Below, one piece after another: positions 37,453 to 46,992 of a stretch of 64,000 nt of DNA (position 1 is its first letter; every line of letters begins with the position of its first letter). Origin of the DNA: Alphaproteobacteria bacterium (GTDB lineage Bacteria; Pseudomonadota; Alphaproteobacteria; SP197); NCBI GenBank assembly GCA_965228895.1, contig OZ245842.1, positions 1,504,001-1,568,000 of the forward strand. The letters are read 5' to 3'. The position numbers and the translations under genes were made by a program. The notes below the pieces were generated by a model. It saw only the letters and a program-made list of their open reading frames with translations. It did not search any database and was not told the origin of the DNA.

Positions 37453-39093
37453 TCAGGACTCGATCGCGATCTCGTTGCCAAAGATGTACGACGTCGGGTG
37501 CATGGTGAAACCCTTCACCCTGGTGTCGTAGGCGGCATAGATCGCGCGCCAGACCGGCTGAACGATCGGGCCGTCTTCCTGCATGATCGTCTCGACTTCG
37601 CCGACCACCTTGCTTCGCGCCTCGACATCCAGGATGCCTTCGGCCTCGGTCAGCTTGGCGTCAAACTCCGGATTGGCGTAGTGAGATTCGTTCCACGGCA
37701 CGCCGGAGCGATAGGCGAGGCCCAGCACCATGAAGCCCAACGGACGATGGGTCCAACTGGTGAAACCAAACGGCACCTTGTCCCAGACTTCCCAGAACTG
37801 CGCCGACGGCATGATGTTGATGTTGACGTTGATGCCGGCATCGGCCCACTGCTCCACCATGCCCTGAACCGCCAACAACTCCCAGGCCGGCTCCTTCTTG
37901 CAGGCGATCTCGACTTCCAGACCGTCGCCATGTCCGGCTTCGGCGAGCAACGCCTTGGCGCCCTCGACGTCGCGGGTCATGAACGGCAGCTCGAAGTAGT
38001 CGGGATGGATCGGCGCAACGTGATGATGTTCCGCCGGAGCACCCAGGCCGCGATGGGCCAGATCGAGAATTGCCGGCGTGTCGATGGCAAGGCGCAATGC
38101 CTTGCGCACACGCGCGTCGTCGAACGGTGCCGTGTCGACCTGTCCGCGGACCACGGCGGTCTGAGCCGTGTTGGCGGAATGGATCGTGATATGCGGCATC
38201 GCCTGGAAGGCGTCCAACTGCACGATGTCGCCTTCGTACATGCCATGGACCTGTTTCGACGCCAGCGCGCCAATCGCGGCTGACGGATCGTCGCCGAGGT
38301 CATGGAACTCAAGCCGGTCGATGTTGGGTCCATCGCCCCAATAGTCATCGCGGGCTTCCAGCACCGAGATCTGGCCAACGTCATGCTGGACAAGGTTGAA
38401 ACCTTCGTAACCGTTCGAGCCGACGCCAAACACGCCATTCTCGGACGGATCCAGGATCAACAGAGGATAGTGGAAGAGATGCTCGGGCACCGCCACCTGC
38501 GGCACCTTCGTATTCATGCGCACTGTCCGGTCGTCGACAACTTCGATGGCCTTCTCATCCCAGACACCTGTTGCATCGTCGTTCATCATGTAACCCTGCA
38601 TCAGGCCCAGGACAGACGAACCGGTTTCCGGGTCGAGCACGCGCTTCAGGTTCCAGGCAACCTGTTCGGCGTTGAGGTTGCCGCCGTTATGCCATGTCAC
38701 GTCGTCACGCAGAGTCAACGTCCAGGTACGCAGATCGTCGCTCGCTTCCCAGCCTTCCAGGAGATACGGACGGGTCACGTTGTCCGTGCTGGTCTTGGTC
38801 AGATAGCTGACGACCTGGCGGGCCACGTTCGAATCCATAACCCACGAATAGGTATGCGGGTTGCTGATCTCCAGGACTCGCATGGCGATGCGAACCGTGC
38901 CGCCTTGCGGCAGATCCTGCGCTTGGGCCGCCGGAGCGAAGTCGCCGCCGGTCAGCTTGCCGGCGAACGCGTAGGCTGTCGTCGCCGAGACGCCCAAAAG
39001 CGCCGAGTAGCGAACGAACTCACGGCGGTCTAGCCTGCCATCGGCCAACTGCTCCTTGAGCTTTTCATAATACGGGTGTTCACGTTGGGTCAT
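37453..39093 (-). CDS. Family 5 (peptide/nickel-type) ABC substrate-binding protein, Tat signal
   Basis: DRREFVR; PYLLEGWE.SDD..TWT..LR..VTWHNG; PFDDARVRKAL; AAGGAG RBS. Confidence 0.9.
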   Translation of the reverse strand: MTQREHPYYEKLKEQLADGRLDRREFVRYSALLGVSATTAYAFAGKLTGGDFAPAAQAQDLPQGGTVRIAMRVLEISNPHTYSWVMDSNVARQVVSYLTKTSTDNVTRPYLLEGWEASDDLRTWTLTLRDDVTWHNGGNLNAEQVAWNLKRVLDPETGSSVLGLMQGYMMNDDATGVWDEKAIEVVDDRTVRMNTKVPQVAVPEHLFHYPLLILDPSENGVFGVGSNGYEGFNLVQHDVGQISVLEARDDYWGDGPNIDRLEFHDLGDDPSAAIGALASKQVHGMYEGDIVQLDAFQAMPHITIHSANTAQTAVVRGQVDTAPFDDARVRKALRLAIDTPAILDLAHRGLGAPAEHHHVAPIHPDYFELPFMTRDVEGAKALLAEAGHGDGLEVEIACKKEPAWELLAVQGMVEQWADAGINVNINIMPSAQFWEVWDKVPFGFTSWTHRPLGFMVLGLAYRSGVPWNESHYANPEFDAKLTEAEGILDVEARSKVVGEVETIMQEDGPIVQPVWRAIYAAYDTRVKGFTMHPTSYIFGNEIAIES

Positions 39094-39351
39094 AACGTCT
39101 CCTTGCTCCCATGGTGGTCTTGTGCCACAGCTGTTTTCGGAGCCTCGGCCAGAGGCCAAAGTTCCACCTGAGGTCATTGTTTTCGCCACTGCGTTGATGT
39201 CAACAGACTTCCCTCATGACCGCCCCCACAACGTCAAACAATGTCCCGTTTGCGACGCAAAGGGCTTGCGGCGTAAGCGAATTGGTGGCTTGAGGGGAGG
39301 CCGGCCAAAGGTGATGATACTCCTTCCGATTTGTAGTGATTGCTTACAGGC

Positions 39352-40410
39352 ATGAGTGTTCTTAGTTTTGCGCTTTATGCGGTGATTGCCGCGCTCAGCT
39401 TTTATCTTCTGATCGTCGGCAAGGCGCTCTTGCTTCCGGTCGTCGTCGCGGTCGTTTTTTGGTACCTCATCGCGACGTTGTCTTCGACTTATCGCCGCAT
39501 TCATGTGGGTGATATCCGCCTGCCGGGTTGGGCCAGTCTGACACTGGCGATCTTGACCTTTGTCGGTTTGCTGACCGGCGTCATCGAAATGGCGCGTGGC
39601 AACATTTCGGATGTCGTTGCGGCCGCGCCGACCTATCAGGCCAATCTCGAGGGTCTGATCGACCGCGTCTACAGCATGATAGGAATCAAGGAGGTGCCAA
39701 CGATTTCGCAGCTCCTGGATTCGATTGATCTCGGCAACATCGCAACGAAGCTGGCGGCATCGCTGACCAGCTTTGCCGGCAATGTCGGCATCATCCTTGT
39801 CTACGTCCTGTTTCTGTTGGTCGAGCAGGGCAGCTTCAACGCGAAACTTGAGGCGATGGTTGCCGACCCCGAGCGGCGCGCGCGTATCAAGCGGATGATC
39901 GGGCGGATCAACGCCGACGTCAGAACCTATATCTGGATCAAGACGCTGATGTCGGTTTTGACAGGCGGCATCAGTTACGTCGTCATGCGGATCGCCGGCG
40001 TTGACTTCGCCGAGTTCTGGGCGGTCATCATTTTTCTGTTGAATTACATCCCGACGATTGGCTCGATCCTTGGCATCGTGTTCCCGGCGGTACTGGCGCT
40101 CGTCCAGTTCAACACATTCGGCCCGTTCCTGATCGTGCTTGTCGGCATCGGTGCGGCCCAGGTGGTGATCGGCAACGTCCTGGAACCACGTCTGATGGGT
40201 CGCACCCTGAACCTCAGCCCATTGGTGATCTTGTTTTCACTTGCTCTTTGGGGTTCGATCTGGGGCATCATCGGCATGTTCTTGAGCGTGCCGATCATGG
40301 TGATCGCCGTGATCATCATGGCGCAGTTTCAGCCTACCCGCCCGGTCGCCATCTTTCTCTCCGCCAGCGGGCAAGTTGCCGAGGTAGACGACCCCAATAG
40401 GCCGGCGTGA
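39352..40410 (+). CDS. AI-2E family transporter
   Basis: LLPVV.A, F.LNYIPTIGS, GN.LEPRLMG..LNLSP, WG.IWG..GMFLSVP. Confidence 0.9.
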   Translation: MSVLSFALYAVIAALSFYLLIVGKALLLPVVVAVVFWYLIATLSSTYRRIHVGDIRLPGWASLTLAILTFVGLLTGVIEMARGNISDVVAAAPTYQANLEGLIDRVYSMIGIKEVPTISQLLDSIDLGNIATKLAASLTSFAGNVGIILVYVLFLLVEQGSFNAKLEAMVADPERRARIKRMIGRINADVRTYIWIKTLMSVLTGGISYVVMRIAGVDFAEFWAVIIFLLNYIPTIGSILGIVFPAVLALVQFNTFGPFLIVLVGIGAAQVVIGNVLEPRLMGRTLNLSPLVILFSLALWGSIWGIIGMFLSVPIMVIAVIIMAQFQPTRPVAIFLSASGQVAEVDDPNRPA

Positions 40411-40465
40411 ACGATGCCCGTGGGGGTCACTGTGGACTGACGGAATTGCTTCGTGGTCGTTGACG

Positions 40466-41920
40466 ATGCTTGAAGCATTCAATCAATTCTGGGCCGAGCT
40501 GTTCGCCGTGGCGACACTGGTGCTGACGATCGTCTTGTCGGTCGGTGTCATCCTGCGAAAGCGTAACGAACGCTCGGCGCTCGGCTGGCTCGGCGTTATC
40601 CTGTTGTCGCCACCCCTGGGTTCAATTGCGTTTCTCCTGCTCGGCATCAACCGCATTCGCCGGCGCGCGCAGAAGACGTTGAGGCATGATCAGATGAGCC
40701 TGCTTGAGGGGCCCGAGAGTTCCGGGCTTCCCATGGCGCCGAGTCACGGTGGTTCGATCAAGGAGGACCGTGAATTGCCACCGCTGGCGCGGCTGGTCGA
40801 CCAAATCGTCGAGCGTCCTTTGGTGGACGGCAATCGTGTCGAGCCGTTGGTCGGCGGTGGTACGGCCTATCCCAGGATGCTTGAAGCGATCGACAAGGCG
40901 GAACGCTTGATTGTGCTCGCCACCTACATCTTTCGCCGCGATGAGGTTGGCTCCGCGTTCATCGCGGCCCTGGGGCGCGCAAAAAGGCGCGGCGTGGTGG
41001 TCAAGGTGCTGATCGATGGCGCGGGTTCGCACTATTCGTGGCCCACGGTCATCCAGGATTTGTTGGACGAAGGCGTTGACGCGGCCCGTTTCCTGCACTC
41101 TTTCTGGCCCTGGCAAATGCCGTATTTGAACCTGCGTACCCACCGCAAGCTGTTGATCGTCGACGGCCGAACGGGCTTTACCGGCGGCATGAACATCACT
41201 GGCAAACACGCACCCAAGGGCGAAGGCGATACCCATCATCGCGACGTCCATTTCGAAGTTGCCGGTCCAATCGTCGGTCAATTGTTGGACGTTTTTGCGG
41301 AAGACTGGCAGTTCACGACGGACGAGGCACCGGATGCCGGACTCTGGGTCAAGGAACTGGCACCGGCCGGTGCCATACATGCGCGGACGATCAGCGACGG
41401 CCCGGACGACCCGACCGATAGCCTTCGCTGGGTGATGCTGGGTGCGCTGACCCAAGCGAACCAGCGGATCTCAATCGCGACACCTTACTTTGTTCCCGAC
41501 CAGCAGCTGGCAACAGCGCTGTGCCTTGCCGCGTTGCGTGGGGTCGAGGTCGATGTCGTGATGCCAGCTAACAACAATCTACCGTTCGTGAAGTGGGCGT
41601 CGATGTCGCGCATGGACGAGCTGATCATGTCCGGTTGCCGATTGTGGATGTCCGAGCCGGACTTCGACCATTCGAAGCTTTTCGCGGTGGATGGCGCATG
41701 GAGTCTGATCGGCTCGGCCAATTGGGATGAGCGCAGCCTGCGTCTGAACTTTGAGCTCAATGTCGAGTGCTACGATGCAGCCCTGGCGGCCGATCTTCAT
41801 GCGATGATCGATGAGCGGCGTCAGACCGCCCAGGCAATAACGCTCGACATGCTGAAAGCGCGTTCGATGCCCGTCAAACTGCGCGACGGTGTTGCCCGGC
41901 TTTTTTCGCCCTACCTCTAG
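40466..41920 (+). CDS. cls: Cardiolipin synthase (phospholipase D family)
   Basis: Two N-terminal TMs; HRKLLIVD and HSKLFAVD HKD motifs; TPYFVP, RSLRLNFE. Confidence 0.9.
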   Translation: MLEAFNQFWAELFAVATLVLTIVLSVGVILRKRNERSALGWLGVILLSPPLGSIAFLLLGINRIRRRAQKTLRHDQMSLLEGPESSGLPMAPSHGGSIKEDRELPPLARLVDQIVERPLVDGNRVEPLVGGGTAYPRMLEAIDKAERLIVLATYIFRRDEVGSAFIAALGRAKRRGVVVKVLIDGAGSHYSWPTVIQDLLDEGVDAARFLHSFWPWQMPYLNLRTHRKLLIVDGRTGFTGGMNITGKHAPKGEGDTHHRDVHFEVAGPIVGQLLDVFAEDWQFTTDEAPDAGLWVKELAPAGAIHARTISDGPDDPTDSLRWVMLGALTQANQRISIATPYFVPDQQLATALCLAALRGVEVDVVMPANNNLPFVKWASMSRMDELIMSGCRLWMSEPDFDHSKLFAVDGAWSLIGSANWDERSLRLNFELNVECYDAALAADLHAMIDERRQTAQAITLDMLKARSMPVKLRDGVARLFSPYL

Positions 41921-43254
41921 AGGTTGCGCCGGTCCGTGTTGGACAAGGTCGAGTTCCAGGGCATGGGCAACAAGCGTGCCATCGCATCGATCAAGTTCTG
42001 ATCGAGGATGCCCGTAACCGGCAGGCCATATTCTTCCTGAAAGGTACGAATGGCTTTGCGGGTGTTGGGGCCGTCAACGCCGTCGACCGGCCCGTCCAGG
42101 CGGTTGTGCTCGCGCAGATAGCGTTGGACGGCGGCTACGTCGTTGCCCATGAGATCGCTTGCGATGGGAACCAGGCGGCGCGTCTGCTGGGCTGGTCGGA
42201 CTTCCAGGGTTTCGCGTAGGATCGTCGCGCGTTCCAGGCCAGCGCGGCGCAGATCTTCGGTCAGGACGCCAAGCAACCGCCTGCGATACTCCGACGCGGT
42301 CGCCGCAGCTTCCGTTTCGTCGCCTGACCGGGCGATCAGGACCCAGGCATAGGCTTCGATGATGTCTTGTTCCAGACCGATACCGTTGGCCAGGGCATAG
42401 GCCAGATTGATCTGGCCCGCCTCGCTGCCGCCGACGGCCGCCGCGTGATAGGCCGCAGCCGCACGGCCGGGGTCATGGGGGACACCGCGGCCAAAGTGAT
42501 ACATGACGCCCAGATTGTTCTGGGCAGTGGCAAAGCCTTGTTCGGCTGCCATACTGTACCAGTGGACGGCCTGCTCATAGTCCTGATCGACGCCGATACC
42601 GCGTTCATACATCAGGCCCAGATTGTTCTGCGCTTCCGCAAGCCCGCCATTGGCCGCTTGACGGTACCAAAAGAGCGCCTGTTCGGGATCGTTGCCGCTG
42701 CCGCCGGAGACGAAAGTGCGGCCCAGATTGTACTGCGCGGCCGCCATGCCCTGACTGGCGGCGCGATGATACCACAGCGACGCCAAATCGTTGTCGACCG
42801 GTACACCGGCACCCTTTTCCAAGGCGACCGCAAGACTGAATTGACCGGGTCCGTAACCGGCCTCGGCGGCTGACTGGTAAAGCTCGAAAGCCTTGCTCAG
42901 GTCCTGATCGAAACCCAGACCTCGGGCGTAAAAATCACCCAGCCGTTGTTGTGCTGCCGGCAGACCACGCGCCGCCGCATAGCCGTACCACGTCGCTGCC
43001 TCCTCATAGTCGGGTTCGCCCAGAAGGCCGGACTCATAAAGGACGCCCAGATTGAACTGGACGTCGACATGACCGGCCTGGCCCAGCTCTCGCCATTGGG
43101 TGACGGCCGACGGATAGTCGCCCTGGTGCACCGCCATCCAGCCATCGCTGAAGTCGGCCTTCGCCATCGGGGCGCCCAGCAGGATAGCGGCCGCCGCCAG
43201 CCAAAGACCGAGGCTTGGGCAATGCCATTTGATCCGCCACACTGCCGACATCAT
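41917..43254 (-). CDS. Secreted SEL1-repeat protein with C-terminal peptidoglycan-binding domain
   Basis: About seven AQxNLGxxY/WY..AA..G repeats; GPVDGVDGPNTRKAIRTFQ..GLPVTG; start uncertain. Confidence 0.88.
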   Translation of the reverse strand: MMSAVWRIKWHCPSLGLWLAAAAILLGAPMAKADFSDGWMAVHQGDYPSAVTQWRELGQAGHVDVQFNLGVLYESGLLGEPDYEEAATWYGYAAARGLPAAQQRLGDFYARGLGFDQDLSKAFELYQSAAEAGYGPGQFSLAVALEKGAGVPVDNDLASLWYHRAASQGMAAAQYNLGRTFVSGGSGNDPEQALFWYRQAANGGLAEAQNNLGLMYERGIGVDQDYEQAVHWYSMAAEQGFATAQNNLGVMYHFGRGVPHDPGRAAAAYHAAAVGGSEAGQINLAYALANGIGLEQDIIEAYAWVLIARSGDETEAAATASEYRRRLLGVLTEDLRRAGLERATILRETLEVRPAQQTRRLVPIASDLMGNDVAAVQRYLREHNRLDGPVDGVDGPNTRKAIRTFQEEYGLPVTGILDQNLIDAMARLLPMPWNSTLSNTDRRNL

Positions 43255-43894
43255 GCCCGTCAAATCTGTTCCCGCTGCTCCACCCTACTGGTGCTCGGCC
43301 GCCGCTGACCTTGCGCGCCGCGATCCCACCCTTGCTCCTATCATTGCTGCCTACCCGGGTGAAGCCCTTGAACCCCATGGTGACATATTTCGAACGCTTG
43401 CCCGCGCGGTCGTCGGCCAGCAGATTTCGGTTCTGGCGGCCGAGCGCATCTGGAGCCGCCTAATCGCCGTCGCCGGCGATGTATCGCCGCAGAGATTTGT
43501 CCGCCTTTCCGCCGCGCAGTTGCGCGGTTGCGGCCTGACACGCCGGAAAGCCGACTGTCTGATCGCCGCCGCTCATGCGGCGTTGGCTGAGGACCAACAC
43601 TGGCCGTCCTGGCTTTCGCTGAGCGATGAGGAACTGGGCGTCCGGCTGACGCGGTTATCCGGCATCGGTCCTTGGACGGCGCATATGGTGCTGATCTTTG
43701 CGGCCGGGCGCGCCGATATTCTGCCGACCGGTGATATCGGGCTGCGGCGCGTGGCGGGCGAACTTTATGGCACAACGGGGAGGGCGATGGAGGTCGCGGA
43801 ACTGACGGTCTTGGCCGAGGGCTGGCGGCCCTGGCGCTCGGTCGCCGTTTGGTATCTATGGCGGTCGTTGGACCCGGTGCCCGTGGCGTATTGA
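43253..43894 (+). CDS. DNA-3-methyladenine glycosylase II (AlkA / HhH-GPD family)
   Basis: VVGQQIS..AA, LSGIGPWTA, DILPTGDIGL, WRPWRSVA. Confidence 0.88.
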   Translation: MPVKSVPAAPPYWCSAAADLARRDPTLAPIIAAYPGEALEPHGDIFRTLARAVVGQQISVLAAERIWSRLIAVAGDVSPQRFVRLSAAQLRGCGLTRRKADCLIAAAHAALAEDQHWPSWLSLSDEELGVRLTRLSGIGPWTAHMVLIFAAGRADILPTGDIGLRRVAGELYGTTGRAMEVAELTVLAEGWRPWRSVAVWYLWRSLDPVPVAY

Positions 43895-43911
43895 CGCCGC
43901 GGAAATCTGCT

Positions 43912-44211
43912 CTAGTGGTCGCGGGCGTAAAAGGCGAGGCCGACGAGACCCAGAACGGCGATCACGGCGACCGAAATGAACGGATCGACGCTGGTGATGC
44001 CGCTGACAACCCAGTTCACCCAGCCGGACGCCTGTTCGCCGATGTTGGAGCCGCTTTGAACATGCTGGGCGATGAGCAGGGCGACGATGGTCCCGATGGC
44101 GACAACGCCCGTTCCGGTGACAAAGGACATCATGCGCGACCAGAACGATGCCTTGTGCCGCGAGGTCGCGAAGATACGCTTTTTGACTCGGGGTTCAGAT
44201 ACGATCATCAC
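43912..44211 (-). CDS. Small two-TM hypothetical membrane protein
   Basis: Two hydrophobic helices after a basic N-terminus; AAGGGA upstream. Confidence 0.65.
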   Translation of the reverse strand: MMIVSEPRVKKRIFATSRHKASFWSRMMSFVTGTGVVAIGTIVALLIAQHVQSGSNIGEQASGWVNWVVSGITSVDPFISVAVIAVLGLVGLAFYARDH

Positions 44212-44503
44212 GTCATCCCTTCGGTAACCCCGCTACCTGACGCGCCCAGGCCGGAGGCTTTGCGTCCCGGCGTCGCCGCCGGTTTGCCGTTTCGGGGATA
44301 GTGGCCCACCTGTTGGGGGACCCAGCGCCCTATGCGCTATCTATCCGCACACTCGATTCAGTAGCGCGAATGCAAGATTGGAGTCGAGTGACAGCGCTCA
44401 CAAAGCTGTGGATTGCCTGCCGGATCGGGCGTTTGACGGACGCTCTTGACGGTATCGCGTGCGGTGAGGATCATCGCCGCGAACCTCTCCTGGAAATGTC
44501 CTC

Positions 44504-45679
44504 ATGTCTCTCGTGACGAATCGGCTGGTCGAACAGGTCCAGCTCCCGCCAATTCCGCAAGCTTGGGCATGGGTCGACGGCGTGATCTTCCCGGCCGACC
44601 GGCCGCTTCTGGATGTCTGCCAGGCGGTGCCGGGCTACCCGCCGCCGTCCGAACTGACCGACCATCTGGCCGAGCGTGTGCGCGATGGTGGAACGGCAGT
44701 CTATACCGACATCGCCGGCCTGCCGGAGCTCAGGCAGACCCTGGCCGCCGATATTACAGAACGCTACCGCGCCGATGTTCGCGCCGATGACATCATGATC
44801 ATGGCCGGCTGCAATCAGGCTTTCTGGAACACCATGGTCGCCTTGGCCGGCAACGGTGACCAGGTGATCCTGCCGTCGCCCTGGTACTTCAATCACGAGA
44901 TGTCGCTGCGCATGCTGGGCATCGAGGTGGCGCCGCTGCCGTTTCGCGCCGACCGGGCCGGCATTCCCGACCCCGAAGACGCCCGAAAACTCATCGGCCC
45001 ACATACCCGCGCGATCGTCTTGGTGACGCCCAACAACCCAACCGGCGCCGTCTATCCGCCGGATGTCCTGAATGCGTTTTTTGATCTGGCAAGGGAGGCC
45101 GACTGCGCGTTGGTCATCGACGAGACATATCGCGACTTTCTGCCGCCCGATGCGGCGCCTCACGACCTCTTCGCCCGCAAGGATTGGGGCGACACACTGG
45201 TGCATCTCTATAGCTTCTCGAAGGTGTTTTGCCTGACCGGCTATCGTGTCGGCGCGGTTGCCACCGGCGCTACTCTGCGCACGGCCCTTACCAAGGTCAC
45301 GGACTGCGTTCAGATCTGCGCGCCGCACATCGGACAAGAGGCGGCGCTCTATGGACTAGGTCATCTGGATGCTTGGCGGACCAGCAATCAAGAGATGATG
45401 GCCGGTCGCGCCGACGCACTGATCCGCGCTTTTCAGCGCAACGACCTGACCTATGACCTGGTCAGCGCCGGTGCCTATTTCGCCTTTGTCCGTCATCCCT
45501 TCGGTGACGAGCCGTCGGAAAGCGTCGCGAAGCGGCTGGCGAGAGACCACGGTGTGTTGTGCCTTCCGGGTAGTTGGTTCGGCCCGGATCAAGACGCCTA
45601 TCTGCGGTTCGCCTTTGCCAACCTCGACCAATCGGTCATGCCCTCCATTGTCGAACGTCTGGTCGACAGCCAGCCTTAA
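44504..45679 (+). CDS. Class I/II PLP aminotransferase
   Basis: QAVP.YPP, GCNQAF, PWYFNH, VTPNNPTG, DETY.DF, YSFSK...TG.RVG. Confidence 0.9.
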   Translation: MSLVTNRLVEQVQLPPIPQAWAWVDGVIFPADRPLLDVCQAVPGYPPPSELTDHLAERVRDGGTAVYTDIAGLPELRQTLAADITERYRADVRADDIMIMAGCNQAFWNTMVALAGNGDQVILPSPWYFNHEMSLRMLGIEVAPLPFRADRAGIPDPEDARKLIGPHTRAIVLVTPNNPTGAVYPPDVLNAFFDLAREADCALVIDETYRDFLPPDAAPHDLFARKDWGDTLVHLYSFSKVFCLTGYRVGAVATGATLRTALTKVTDCVQICAPHIGQEAALYGLGHLDAWRTSNQEMMAGRADALIRAFQRNDLTYDLVSAGAYFAFVRHPFGDEPSESVAKRLARDHGVLCLPGSWFGPDQDAYLRFAFANLDQSVMPSIVERLVDSQP

Positions 45680-45702
45680 ACCCATCCCTAGACAAAGGCT
45701 GC

Positions 45703-46992
45703 TCAGCGTTCGCGAAAGGACTCATGGCGCAGCTTTAGAACCGGCTTCAGCAGGTAGCGCAGCACCGTGTCGGTGCCGGTGTGGATATCGAGCGTTGCTT
45801 CCATGCCTGCGGTGATCGGCAGGTCGCCGGGCTCAGTACCCAGATACCCCTGGTCGGTTGCGGCGATGACGCGGAAATAGGTGTTGCCTTCTTCGTCCTG
45901 GTGGGAGTCCGGCGAAACCAGAATAACTTCCGCGTCCAGACCGCCGTAACGGATGTAGTCATAGGTCGAAATCTTGACGATCGCCGACTGCCCCGCTTCG
46001 ACATAACCGATGTCTTGGGGATTAAGGCGCGCCTCGATGACCAGCGTCTCGTTTGACGGCACGATGTCCATCAGCGCGTCACCCGGCCGGACCACCGCGC
46101 CGATTGTATAGTATTTGAGGCTCTTCACGATGCCGTCGATCGGGCTTGTGATCAACGTGCGCTGGCTCATGGCCGAGGCCTTGATCAGTTCCTCGCTGGT
46201 GTGGTCGATCGAGAGTTCGACGCTGGCCAGATCTTCCAGGGCGGCACGGCGAAACGCGATCTCGGTCTCGTGAATGCGCTCGGTTGCCTGAGCCAGCGCG
46301 GCTTCGGCCGCCGGGATACTCTCGGCGAGCGATTCCAACTGGCCGCGGATTTGTTCGACCTCCGATTCGGCGGCCAGATAATCCAATCGTGAGATCAGGC
46401 CGTCGGTGATCAGGTCTTCGGCGATGGCGAAGTTCTCGCGCGCCAGGCGAAACTGATCACGCAGGCTGGCTTGTTCGGCTTTCAACTGGCGGATCTCGAA
46501 GTCTCTCTGATTGACCTCCTGCTGCAGGCCGATCAGGGCGCTTTCCATTTCGTCCTGCCGCGCGTGAAATGCGCTGAGTTCGTTCTCCATAACCGCCTGG
46601 CGGCGTTCGGCGACTTCTGCAGGGAAATCCGGTTCTCCGCCATTGGCCTCGGCTAGCAGTCTCGCGCGCCGCAGCATCAGACCGTCCAGCGTCACCCGAA
46701 GTTCGGACTCCTCGGTGTTCGACGCCGAGAGATCGAGGCGGACGAGGGGGTCGCCGGCCGCGACGATGTCGCCATCGGTGACATACATTTCCTCGATGAT
46801 GCCGCCTTCCAGGTGCTGGATGGTCTTGATCTGGCCCTGGGGCACGACCTCGCCCTGGGCAATGGCGAACTCGTCGATCCTGGCTTGGGCTGCCCATACC
46901 AAGAGGCCGATCAACAGCAGCACGATCAAGATTCCGCTGACCCTGAGACGCGACGCCTTGTGCCGTCCGGCGATGTCGTCGAGTGTGCTCAC
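45703..46992 (-). CDS. Type I secretion membrane-fusion protein (HlyD family)
   Basis: G.VVP.G..K.IQHLEGGI, coiled coil, SPIDG.V, GM....I.TG..TVL.YLLKP. Confidence 0.93.
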   Translation of the reverse strand: MSTLDDIAGRHKASRLRVSGILIVLLLIGLLVWAAQARIDEFAIAQGEVVPQGQIKTIQHLEGGIIEEMYVTDGDIVAAGDPLVRLDLSASNTEESELRVTLDGLMLRRARLLAEANGGEPDFPAEVAERRQAVMENELSAFHARQDEMESALIGLQQEVNQRDFEIRQLKAEQASLRDQFRLARENFAIAEDLITDGLISRLDYLAAESEVEQIRGQLESLAESIPAAEAALAQATERIHETEIAFRRAALEDLASVELSIDHTSEELIKASAMSQRTLITSPIDGIVKSLKYYTIGAVVRPGDALMDIVPSNETLVIEARLNPQDIGYVEAGQSAIVKISTYDYIRYGGLDAEVILVSPDSHQDEEGNTYFRVIAATDQGYLGTEPGDLPITAGMEATLDIHTGTDTVLRYLLKPVLKLRHESFRER

